The notes beneath the pieces were generated by a model, which saw nothing but the letters and a program-made list of their open reading frames with translations, did not search any database and had not been told where the DNA came from. DNA of 64,000 nt from the human T2T-CHM13v2.0 reference genome, Homo sapiens. A program made the translations under genes and the position numbers. Positions 29,155-41,500 of the stretch are shown piece by piece (position 1 is the first letter of the stretch; every line of letters starts with the position of its first letter). The stretch lies in NCBI RefSeq assembly GCF_009914755.1, contig NC_060926.1. One strand, given 5' to 3'.

Positions 29155-32100
29155 CTGAAGTAGATGGTCTAGAACCCCCCAGGAGCATTGAGTGAACAAC
29201 AAGATACCTGCTGGACCCACCTGTGTCCTTTGGTCTCTGAGTAGCTGGGGATCATAATTAAGTTCTCTCTCTGATTTCAGAGCTCTACAGATTTGTGTTT
29301 TGAGCTCTCTTGTTTTGAGCTTTATTTGGGTAAATTTCTATTCCAGACTGGGTTTGGAAGTTGCAACAGAAACTAGACTGGGCCCAGGATGGGATTTGAT
29401 TCAATAATTAACTGGCTTGGATCCAGAGGCATCTTACATCTGACTGGGTCAGAAAGAAACTGGTAGTAAATTGTAATATTGCAGTGTTTGTAAAATTTGG
29501 CTTTTGGAAAGTCATGGGGATTTTTGTGTTCTACCTCTTTGTTTTATTTTTCTTGCATGCTTAGGTAGGAAAAAAAGTCATAGGCTAAGTTAATCAAGGG
29601 AACCTGAGAGCAAAGCCAATATTTTAGGTAAAAATCAATTCTTAATTTCTGAAAAACTGAGTTCCTGCCAGCTTATACACTAGGCCCTGGAAGCAGCAAA
29701 GTCTTACAGAAATCTTAATAAAGATAACTTACAGTAGAACATTCCAAATGGACAACAATGCACGGAAAGGCATTTAAAAAAAAAGCAAAGATTTTCTTTT
29801 GAGTTGTGGCTTGGACCCCAGGGCTATAGTGTGGTGAGCAGGGTTACTAGGGTACCTCAGGGAAAAGAACCCAGAAGTCTGCTATGCCGGCAAAAGGGTA
29901 AGAATCTCAGACTTCTGGTCTCTCTCTCTCTGTTCAAACCAGTTGAATGAATGGTAAAAATAACTATATCCTCTGCAAAGTTTTAATTAATGGAAGATAA
30001 GAATTCTGAGGCTAGTCTTAAGCTGTAGTGAGTCTGGTGTATTTTGTGCTGTGAATTTGTTTTTCTGCGTTGGGGGTACCTTAGGATAGAACGTGGGTTT
30101 ACGACCCCATAAGCCTGCTGCTCAAGACAGCCCAGCTAGCTGGTCCATAACAAATTTCTGCAGGTCCCTCAAATGAAAAAAAAAACCTGAATGAGGTCTC
30201 CATCTTGTATTATGTCCTTGGGAGCTTGACCTTGTAACTCTGTGGTGGTAATTTCTCTTTGTCTCTGCTTTCCAGGGAACAAGAATTTTAGGGCTCATGT
30301 TACAGTTAGCTCTAAAAATTATCTTGAGTAGGTAAAAACCTTTGTAACCTCAAAAATAACTACTCTAGACTCCTTCTGGGAAGGGCAACAGATACTGCCC
30401 AGTGCTGTAGCTCAGTAGCTAGTCTTCTGTCCTTTCACAGTGGCGGCCTGGGTTCGATCTTGGCTTAGGGAATGAGTCCTTTGGTTTAATACCTGTGTGA
30501 CTTTTATCACTTGTAAAGGTCTCTTCCCCTCCATGAACAACTTCTAGTTTCCCTTCTTAAATCTTCCCTTCTCTCAGCTGCCTTTAAAGATTCTAGATTT
30601 TGTAAAAACAGATGATCACTTATTTGAAAATACCTCATACACTCATGGTTAAGTCATAACCTTAGTTGAGGCTTGTTGGTTTCACCTGTGAGGTAACTTT
30701 TGGTAAAGTTTAAAAGCCAGATATATTGGCTGTGGCTAAAATTGGGTAATAAGAAATTTAAAAGTACTTTTTTTTTAAAAAAAAGGGAGTGCTATAGTTA
30801 AAACTCAGCTTAATTAAAAGTGGATATCCAAGCTACAGGTACATTTAAAAGGCCTTTATGTCTTTTCTCTCCATTGATCTTGTTTTGCTGGAAAAAAAGG
30901 TTTTTTTCTTCTCAGTCGACTGAATTATTTTTCTCCATTTTGTCTTGCCACTCTTAATGCACACAGGAGAGGCCCTAAAATAACTTCTGATAGCCTGGGA
31001 CTCCTTGGGAAAACAGACAAGGCTCCATTGACCCCATTTTTGAAAAAACAAACTAACAACAACAACAGAAAAAGCACCTCTGTTTTCCTCATGGAACCCC
31101 AAGAATTAAAACTGGATAGATCCCTCTCATAATCTGTTTTGCCTTCCAGCTGTGCCTGCTTATTAGGCTTTAGAAACTGAATGTTTTCCTAGTCATTTCT
31201 TGAGGGGCTCCATGCTAAAGCCAGTAATCCAATTAAGAAACTTAGAAACTGTTAAATGAAAAATCTTACAACTACTGGATCTTTTTGTCTGTCTGTCTGT
31301 AGTAATATATGTGTTGTGTGTGTAATATTTATATAAAAGAGCTCTAATTAATTGGCTTAAAGAAAAGTAAGTGCTAAAATCAAATTTTTTTTAAAAAATA
31401 GAAACTAATGTCTTAGTTCGTGTAACTTTAGTAACTTGGGAAATAAAAACAGCTTTAAAGATAATTGGCAAAATAAAAATATTTGGTCTGAGTTACACAG
31501 GTCAGGTATTAGGTTTGCTCAATGCTTTAAGATCATAAACTTCTTCTTTGACTTTAAAAAATTGTTTAATGTATTTTGGAGAATAAGATTTAAATAAGGC
31601 CTGAGGACATGTGGAATTAGCTATGCCCCCTACCTATGGAAACCAGGTTATAAAGAAAAAAGGGATTTTATATAAGAAAGTATCTTGTATGGTAAATTCT
31701 TGTTCTAAAGTAAAGTAAAATAACCAGTTGTTTAAAAAGAGGGATGCTTAGGTCAAGTCAGAAAGTCCAAGCATGTTATAGATGGTCTAAGTTGTGAAAG
31801 GATATTTATGTACCAAAACTAAAAGTTTCTAAGAGTTACCATTATAACATATAATTGAGACTACTGAAAACACAGTTTTAAATGGAAGGTATGTGAGGGA
31901 AGTTAAATATGTTTTAGTAAAAGATTATAAGAATGCATGGGAATGTATATTTTTGCCTGGTTTAGAAAAGTAGAAGATTGTTTAAAATTAATAAGATAAA
32001 GCTAAACGTTTGAACAAGTTGTGGAAGGTGTGTAAAAAATTAATCTTGGAAAAAGAAATTCTGTGTGGACATTGGTTAACGTTAAAGGGGTATTAATTTT

Positions 32101-33559
32101 TTTTAATAAATTGAACATTGGAATAAAAGCACAACAGGTTTTTTAGAGCACTGATCTGCTCTTTCACAAAAACTGTGAAGGGTTATAAAAGGTTTATGAG
32201 AATCTCAGCCTTATGGTCAAACCAATGAAGACTGATACATTTGTCTATAAGGTTTTATTAAAAATTGGCTTGATGTTACTAGAACGTTAATGCAAGGGTG
32301 AAATTTGGTTTTATCTCTTGAAGAAGATTTTCATGTAATATTTATTAAAAGATAATGAAAGATTTTTGCCTTTTTAATAAATTACTGAAAAGACAAGAGA
32401 TCGATTGTTTGGAAAGCTAAGTCTTCCCTCTATCAATAACTAAAGGTTTTTGCCTTTAAAAAATTTTTGAGTCATCATTTTGGTGAAATGAATGACTTAC
32501 TGTAATCTGGAATTCTATTTCATAATATCAAGTGTTTTAAACCTTTAACCTATTTGATAGGCTTCCCAAAATCAAATTTCAGCTTCAAAATTGTCTTTTC
32601 TAACCTGTAACTTTGAGATGCTACAGACGGCCCCTGAAGTATTCAAAAGAGAAGTAAACAGGATTATTTGATATGTTTAGTTACATGGGAAGAACTACCA
32701 AAATTTAAAATAATGTTAATCTTAGGGTTATATTTTAGTGAATGATATTAATATATGTTCCCAAATTGTATGGGATTTCTAAAATTCTAAATATGTCTGA
32801 GTAAATACTATCAATGATAATTAAGGATATTATGTTAAGTACCAAAGATCACTGAAACAACCAAATTGCCTTGTCAACTGTGTCTATCACTATGACTAAA
32901 GTTGTTTCCACAGTTGCAGTTTCTCAAAAGTTCACAAGCACACAAAATCCTAGAATATGGTGTCTTTTAGGAGGTTCACGAAAGGATGGAAAGAACCTTG
33001 AAAAGGACTCTTGAATACAATTTTCTAATAACTTTAAATTCATATCATTTGGACTGAGTGATAATTCCAGAAACTTTAATAAAAAGACTGTCTGGTTAAT
33101 AAAACTGAGAATCTCAGTAGAACAAAAACAAACTGAATACCAAGAAAATACTTTACCAGATTGTCATGTTAAACCAGCTGATACTAAAATTGTTTAAATA
33201 TGCAATTTGAATGAACTCCATGGTCTAAGTCAAATTAACTATGATAACCCATTAGTTATCAGTGCTATGCACATAAATTTTAGAAATATTTTTATGCAAA
33301 ATGACATAAGTCCAATGTTGAGCATGGAATCACGGAGAACCAGAATGGCCACCTTGTTCTTCCTGACTCCTTAAAGCTTCTGGTTTTAAAGGTTCTGCAT
33401 TGCATGACTCATCAAAGAAAAGATAAAATGATCCAAATTAAATACATACTGGTGTGGTGACTTAAACTTGCTAAAATAGTTTATAACCAATGTTTGTTTG
33501 GTTTGTTAAATCCATATTCCTGGGAAGACAATCAAAGCTTCAAGTACATTTTGCTACCT

Positions 33560-33900
33560 GATGGGCCACTTAAACACTTACAAATGGATCTCATTCAATT
33601 GTCATTATCAATACATGTTTTCTGGTTGTATAAAAGCTTCCCCATGCAAGAGGGCTGATGTTATAACAGTAGATTATTATGCTACAGTGTATTTTCACCA
33701 GGTAAAGAAAGATTATGGTTCACTGACTGAGGACAACCCCTTCACAATATACAACCCAAAGACTGGGTCTTCTGAGAACATCAGAGAAAGACAATCCTTG
33801 CCATCCACACTACAGCAAAACTTTGGGACTTGAATTCTAGGCTCATAATCTCACAACTGAGAAGGGTCCCTCCACACCTTTGTAACTGTACACCTACTTG
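33560..33900 (+). pseudogene. Decayed ERV integrase fragment
   Basis: ccacttaaacacttacaaatggatctcattcaattg reads PLKHLQMDLIQL, similar to the gammaretroviral integrase motif (PFEHLQMDFIQL); frameshifted. Confidence 0.6.
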
Positions 33901-33999
33901 AACCCTTAAGGTAAAGCTAACCAGGAAAGTTTCTCCCTAGAAGAAGATGGCATCCTTGGCATCTTCTTCCAAAATAACAGATCAAGACGTCTCTACTAT

Positions 34000-34740
34000 C
34001 ATGAGACTCTTACCTTTGAATATTTTTTTCCCTTGGTTATAACTTTATGAACAATAGAATTGAAAAGGGGGTCTGTTATGTGCACTTATGGGATATACTT
34101 TTATTTGTGAAGGATTTTGCAGCTAGTCTTGTACATGGTGAGAAACAGAAAATTGGTTCACTCCTCTTAACCCACATCACAGGTTAAAGAGAGCATTGCC
34201 AGAAAGCCTTCACTCTTCTGAAAGGCATCATGTATTAGGTTCTTTTTCCATGATTTGAAATAAAAGAGACAATTATTAGAAATGTATTCTTCATGACAGT
34301 CCCTCCAGCAGATTCTACCATAAAGGCTATGGTTACACAACAGGCTTTAAATTATTTTGTGAAAGTTATGATAAATAGTAGAATTAGATATACAGAGAAA
34401 TATTTGTGCAGCTGCTGGCACTTGTGGCCTATGGAGAAATACATTGGGTATTATAGAAATTCAGCTGTAGGGATTAACAAAAAGACGACTTAGTTAAGTG
34501 AGTAGAGGCTTTAGCTCATTCTTTGATCTATTTGATTTTAGGTGGTTTGGTTTATGGGTACCCTAGTTAAAGAGCATACTCCAACCTCTTGGTATTATTC
34601 TCCCGATTGCCATAATAGTAGTTGCTCCGGTGCGCTGTATTCACTAAAAGGTATTAAATGTTTGCATGCAGCCATCTCTAGAATGTCAAATGGTCTCTCT
34701 TCAACTGGAATGACAAAAGCTCAAAGAAATGTGTGACCAT
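34000..34740 (+). pseudogene. Decayed ERV env remnant
   Basis: RLKRALP furin-like site near 34181; ADSTIKAMVTQQALNYFVKVMINSRI resembles the TM heptad/immunosuppressive domain; frameshifted. Confidence 0.65.
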
Positions 34741-34976
34741 GAGGACACTGTAACCTATGAATGACATGCTGAGACTGGAAACCCAAAGTGATGATAACTG
34801 AGAGTGGCAATAAGGCCCTAAGTTTTGGTCACACTCTCATCTAAGTAAGAATCTGACAAAGAAAGAAAGGGGAATTTTTTTTTTTTAACACAACTATGGG
34901 AGGCCCTTGTTTTGCACTACACCCCAGCAGACCAAACAAAGCCAAAGTAGAGTCACTAGTGCTAAATATGACATAG

Positions 34977-35194
34977 TTTGATAGTTTGGGACCTTCAGAC
35001 AATCACTTAGCTGTTAGACAAGATGGCCTATCTTTGGAATCAAAGTCAAGGGAGCTAATGTAAAACTGAATAGATTACACACAAAATATTCTCACCTATA
35101 GAGTTCTTTACAGACCTAGATACCATTTCTAGGAAACCTTTTAAATGGAGTGTAATATCACTGGAACGATTAGTTCAAAAGCTTTGGATATATT
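34977..35194 (-). repeat. Copy C: inverted partial copy of 36218-36437 inserted into the provirus
   Basis: Reverse complement matches copy B with about 13 differences in ~217 bp; flanked by a 34-bp direct duplication (34942-34975 and 35209-35242). Confidence 0.93.
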
Positions 35195-35376
35195 ACAGTC
35201 ACTAGTCACCAAATTAGAGTCACTAGTGCTAAATGTGACATAATCAAACTAAGACTTTAAGAAAACACATAGATCCTAGAACATACCAGGTTTTGTTTTT
35301 CTCCTGAAGTTTACAATGGTAATAGTGACATCAATGACAAAGTTTTGGTCAATCTCTCAAAATTGAGAACATGACC

Positions 35377-35388
35377 AAAAGGGGGGAA
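35377..35388 (+). promoter_or_regulatory. Polypurine tract
   Basis: aaaaggggggaa just before the 3' LTR. Confidence 0.85.
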
Positions 35389-35389
35389 T

Positions 35390-35829
35390 TGTTAAAGCAA
35401 ACTCAATATGGCCTGAGAAGGACTTTGCACTTCTATATTTGAGTGAGTCCTTCTAGATGAACTGTAACCTAGCTTAATAGGCAGACAAGATTGAAAACCC
35501 AACTTAGGAGCATACACATATAACAAGAGCTGAGTTTTGGACAATCCCAACAGCCATACTTCACCACTAATAGACTCGTAAGTAAATGTTCAAACTGTGT
35601 TCAAATAAGGCAAACACCAACTTGTAACCAATCCATCTATTTCTGTACCTCACTTCCGATTTCTGTACACCACTTCCCTTTTTTTGTCTATAAATTTGTT
35701 CTGACCACAAGGCATCCCTGGAGTCTCTCTGAATCTGCTGTGATCCTGGGGGATGCCTGATTTGAGAATTTTTTCATTCCTCAATTAAACTCCTTTAAAT
35801 TTAATTCTGCTGAAGTTTTTCTTTTAACA
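35390..35829 (+). mobile_element. 3' LTR (MER57A1-like)
   Basis: Colinear with the 5' LTR; ends cttttaaca followed by the TSD. Confidence 0.9.
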
Positions 35830-36070
35830 TGAGTAACTGAGAATTATTAGGGTAACACTCAAGAGGTTATCATGAATGTATTAGGATATATAAACAGAGT
35901 CAACTTGAATGTGCATAGGTTGCAAAAACAGAGCTTATAGAGAATTATAATAGACTATTGTTGGAATTTGACTATTTTCCTCCTATGTCCTTCTATCAAA
36001 CCCATTTTGTCGTCTTGAAAAAGTGTCTATTTTCTGGGATCCTAGTGCAAGTAAGTTCCTATCTTGACCA

Positions 36071-36530
36071 TGCTTCTGTAGAGCTCCCATATTTTAGAGA
36101 ATGTAACATTCCATAATAATCAAAAGGGTAAAAAAATCTAATCATTTTTTAATTATGTGCTGGTTTTCCTTTATTTTTTCCCAGTCTAAACTATATAGCA
36201 GAAAGCATTCTAGGAAAATATATCCAAAGCTTTTGAACGAATGGTTCCAGTAATATTACACTCCATTTAAAGTTTTCCTAGAAATGGTATCCAGGTCTGT
36301 AAAGAACTCTATAGGTAAGAATATTTTGTGTGTAATGTATTCAGTTTTACTTTAGCTCCTTTGACTTTGATTCCAAAGACAGGCCATCTTGTCTAACAGC
36401 TAAGTGATTGATTGTCTGAAGGTCCCAAACTGTCAAATTCAGAGTATCACAATAAAACTTATTTCCTGTAGTTCACCAATCTAATTAACACAAACTAATT
36501 AACATAACCAATCATCTTTATAAACTATCA
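36071..36530 (+). repeat. Copy B of the local ~430-bp duplication (Alu-free)
   Basis: Colinear with 27455-28218; retains the empty Alu site tttaaagttttcctagaaatgg. Confidence 0.92.
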
Positions 36531-37189
36531 ATCATTAAACAATATAGAATATCCAAGATCTTTTTGCCTGAGAACAATCTCAACTTCAGCTGTTTGTCCA
36601 AGCTTGCCTTTGCTTGGCTTTGGCGAGGCCTGAATTTCATCAAATCTTTTATATTTGTACTTAGTGAAGTTTTCTTTTTCTAGCAACCAAAAATATGATT
36701 CTTCAATACATAACTAGATTTTAAGTTATAGCAAAAGCACAACCATCTAGAGTCTCAAGTCAAAAGGATGGTTCAGTACTTTTAACTCATATTTGTGTGT
36801 GTGTATATATATATATGTAATATTAGTATAGTGAGACCTGCATTTAGTTAATAAAAAATAGATGCAAATGAAGAATGTGCTGGCTTATTTATAAAATAAA
36901 TGTATAAAAATATTGTAAGTTCAGGATATAGAGAAGAAGAAATAATAACACATTAAAAAATAAAGTGGAAGTGCAGGTTAAAAAAATCACTTTTCCGCTA
37001 ATATCTTTTAATAACTGTTAACTGTTTTTCTTATATAGGATTTTGTATAGTTTTCTCAATACTTTTCTTTACAGTTTATATATGTGGTCCTGTATCCCTA
37101 GTAATATTCTATATCATTTGAGAACAGGACATTTATTCTATCCTTCTCGGTTTAAAACTTAAACATTTGGATGTTTGTACCACAATTCG

Positions 37190-37545
37190 TAACTGAATAC
37201 AGAACAGAATAGTTGTTACAATGCAATAAAACAGCCTAAAACTCTTACTGGCTCACGAGAACAAAGGTTTAATTCTAGATCCCACTATACATTCGTTCTG
37301 GGTGAACTGTGAATTTGTTCCATGTAGATATTGCATAAGGGAGAAGTTGTGCATGGGAAACCTTCTGCAGGCTCTTTTTCTTCATAAGTAACACTTGTTA
37401 CTGACTCTCACATTTGATTAGATTAATCAAGACAAATGACCAGATGTGGTGTCAACGTGTCTAGAAAGTACAATTTACTCATATCAAGGAAAATAGAAGA
37501 GAGAAAAATAAGGATTTTGAGAAACATACAATCTACCACAAATTA
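37190..37545 (-). mobile_element. Old MLT1-type LTR relic
   Basis: gttgttacaatgcaataaaacagcctaaaactcttactggc...tctaccaca. Confidence 0.5.
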
Positions 37546-38358
37546 TGTTAGCTGAAACCATTTACTTAATTCCTCCAATTCGCAAAGAATCTATTAGACA
37601 GAAATGCAAGTAGCCACATATGTGCAAACATCTATCACAATATTTGACATATTGTGGACACTCAATAAAGTTATTTTCCCTTCTACATTTACAATTCTAA
37701 AATAATTTACATTCCATGTGGTAAGTGCTCAAAACTATTTTATGTGAAGACAATAATTATGAAGTTACATCCATTTCATACATACTCACTCATCTACATA
37801 TGCCAGAATAAATCACAGTCTTTGTTGTTGAATGAGTCCTATCTGATGGCAGAAATAAATTTATATTGTCTCATTTATGCTATTACATTTCTATAGATTA
37901 GATTATAACTCGCGGTCATGGATGTTCCCCCAAAAAGCAGAGCCTTAGGCAAAAGACTATATTTTGCCACTCTATTGAGGAATGCAATTCCTAGAATTCA
38001 AAAGCGAGAGGAAAGGAGAATGAGTCAAGAAGAAAATGTAAGCATGTGTGTTTATTAGTGGCTGACTACAACTTAGAATCAATTCATATGAGGACTTTAT
38101 ATTACAGAGTTGACTTCTTTGAGACTTTTAAGAAATGCTATACCACATGAAGTCCAGCCTAAAAGATAAAAAAGATAAATATGATTCAAAACTAATACAT
38201 TAAATTAGAAATGCACACAGTTCATTCCTAGTTGTTATTTAAGTTTTAATCCTCTAGGTGTTTAAATCAGGCAGTGCTACATTAGCTATGTAATTATAGA
38301 GTCATAATTCCAAACCCTAATGAATTATTTTTCTTACCTTAATGCTTGTTTTTCCTCA

Positions 38359-38740
<382 letters not shown>

Positions 38741-39606
38741 TTATAAATTATGATAATTTTTGTATGGGATAATGATATAGAACTATTTATATGGCTTTTA
38801 CTGGTAAATGTACATTGTTGACATACCTCCCAAATTAAATACCACAAAAGAGTGGTAGGTAGTGACAGTCTATTTCACTGGTATTGAAAGGGCTTGATTT
38901 TAGTCCCAACGCTGTCATTAGCACTGTAACAATGTATAAGTAAGTCACTTAAGATGTCTGGACATCAGTATCTTGTTAATTTAACAGAAGATTAAGAATA
39001 TATTCAGTCTATGCTATGCAGAATCATAGGAGTTCTATGTAATACTTTAATAATATTTTGGATGGAAGTCATAATGAATGAATAATATGTTAATCTATAA
39101 CTTCTTTACACATTTAAGGGTTTTTACCAAAACTTCTAACTTTTATCTGATTTACTGATTTGGTGTCTGAAAATACTTTTATTTAGAAGGCGTCTCACTT
39201 GCTTAGAAAACCAGTGGATCAAAATCCACGAAAATACCTGATGCTATGCAACTTGACTTTGCAACACTCAAACTAAAAATTGAAGTACCCTCCATAGTAA
39301 ACTCTTGAGAGTATCCAAGATATATGGTCATATTGATGAAGGGATTCAATTATCAGTGACAGAAACTTGCACTGAAAATTAATATAAGTAAAATGAAGGG
39401 TATTGATCACTGTCAACTCACCAGGAGGGAACAAAAAGAGAAAAAAAGATGTCAGCATATTTGGAAAGATAGATAATGGAAAAATGGAACACAGTATCTA
39501 CTTGATAGTTTCTCATGTCAGTTACTACAGCTATCAAGCCTTCAGAGGAAGCCAGAGTGACCCAGGTAGCATTTAAATTAATGTGGAAATATAAGTTTAA
39601 GCATAG

Positions 39607-39688
39607 ACAACTATGTTTTCTTTTTATCAAATCTATCAAATAATAGTACAACTATGTTTTCTTTTTATCAAATCTATCAAATAATAGT
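39607..39688 (+). repeat. Perfect 41-bp tandem duplication
   Basis: acaactatgttttctttttatcaaatctatcaaataatagt twice (39607-39647 and 39648-39688). Confidence 0.95.
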
Positions 39689-39829
39689 ATATGAAGCTAT
39701 CAAATTCTATTTTAAAAATCTATCAACATAAAGCTCAAATTATTGTCAATTAAACATTATGATAGTGTTTTAAACATTGTATGTGTGTGTGTTTTTATGT
39801 ACAACACCAGGGTGGGGCACAGAAATAAG

Positions 39830-41500
39830 AAAAGATATTTTGAAGAGGGTAAGAAGGGCAGTTTTACATTAACCATGACACCGCTTCCCGAAACCTCCAC
39901 AGCCTATTGCAGAGAGAGATACTGTCTGCACTGTGAAAGAGGGGTGAAGTGATTGATTACTCAACTTTGCTACAGACTCCAGGACCAGTTCTGCCTCAGT
40001 GAACCCTGGCAACAAACCATTCCTCTCAGACACAGTCTCCAAGCTAGCCCTGACAGCCTCAGGTTCCAGGCCTGCCTCTGTGCCAGGTCAGTGCCCACAG
40101 CCCTAGGTTCCAGGGTAGCCCCCATGGATTCAGGACACAGGTCCACTATTGTAGACTCAGATTTCCAACCCCCACCCCGCAACACCCATCCAGGAAACAA
40201 TAAAGAAAACAATCTTATTTACAATCACATAAAAAAATACTTACAGATAAATTTAACCAAGGAGGTAAAAATATCGAAACATGTGAAAGTATGTAACATT
40301 GATTAAAAAAATTTAAGATGACACAAATAAATGAAAGATATTCCATGTTCAAGAATTGGAAGAAGTAATATTATTAAAATATCCATAGTATCCAAAGCAA
40401 TCTGAAGATATTTTTCCCAGAAATAGAAGAAAAAAATTCGAAAATTGTTATGAAACCAACAAGGATCTCGAAAGCAAAGCAAACTCTAGTAAAAATAACA
40501 AAGGTGAAGGTATCAAAGTATCTGATTTCAAAATATACGACAAAGGTATAGTAAAAAAGAATGGCACTACCATAAAAACAGCCACATAGATTAATGAAAC
40601 AAAATAGAAAGCCCAGAAATAAATTCGGCATTTACAGTCAATTCATCTTTGACAAAGTTTTCAGTAATACACAATGAGGAAAAGACAGTCTCTTGAATAG
40701 TGTCAGAAAAATTAGATATCCACATGTGTAAGAATAAAATTGGATCTTTATATTATACAACACACAGAAATAAATAAACTCAAAAATCAATGAAAGACAC
40801 ATAAGACCCAAAACTATAAAACTCCTGAAAGAAAACACAGAGAAAAAGCTTCTCGACATTGATCTAGACAATGATTTTTCAATATGACTCCAAAAGCAGA
40901 GGCAACTAAAGCAACAATAAACAAATGGGATTGCATCAGATAAAAAGCTTCTGCACAGCAAAGACAATCAACAAAATGAAGAGACAACTTACAGAATGGG
41001 AGAATACATTTGCAAAGCATACATCTAATAAAAAGTTAATATCCAACATATGCAAGGAATTCAAGCAACTCAAAAGAAAAAAACAAAACATTCTGATTTA
41101 AAAATGGGCAAAACACCTGAATAGACATCTCCTAAAAGAAGACATACAATCAGCCAACAAACACATGAAAAAATGTTTAACATCTCTAATTATAAAGAAA
41201 ATACAAGTTAAAACTGGAATGAGATATCACTTCACACCTGATACAATGGCTATAATCAAAAAGAAAAATAATAAGTGTTGGCTTAAGATATAGAGAAAAA
41301 ATAACCTTTGTACATTGTTAGCGGGAATGTAAATTAGTATATACATTATAGAAATAATTGAAAATTGAACTGCTATATAATTCATCAATGCCACTTCTGG
41401 CTACCTATTCAAAGGAAATAAAATCAATATCTCAAAGACATATCTGCAATTTCATGTTTATTAAAGCATTATTCACAATAGCCAAAATGTGGAATTAATT
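39830..41500 (+). mobile_element. L1M/L1MA: GC-rich 5'UTR-type repeats joined to late ORF2
   Basis: caggttccaggcctgcc-type repeats ~39970-40190, then ORF2 3' motifs (aatttaaccaaggaggtaaaa). Confidence 0.75.

Larger units (their letters stand above)
28704..35829 (+). mobile_element. Full-length MER57A-type (ERV1, MER4 group) provirus, non-coding
   Basis: LTRs TG...CA at 28704-29134 and 35390-35829; 4-bp TSD tgag (28700-28703 and 35830-35833); PBS, PPT and pol/env remnants. Confidence 0.92.

Noticed and set aside
33561-34736. ERV pol/env ORFs as a functional or domesticated protein
   Set aside because: Short and frameshifted, with key motifs broken
34840-34940. Second PPT-like tract followed by LTR-like sequence inside the provirus
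   Set aside because: Probably a normal feature of MER4-group internal sequences; cannot show it is locus-specific
39953-40306. 117-aa GC-rich ORF
   Set aside because: Lies in L1 5'UTR-type repeats and runs out of frame into ORF2
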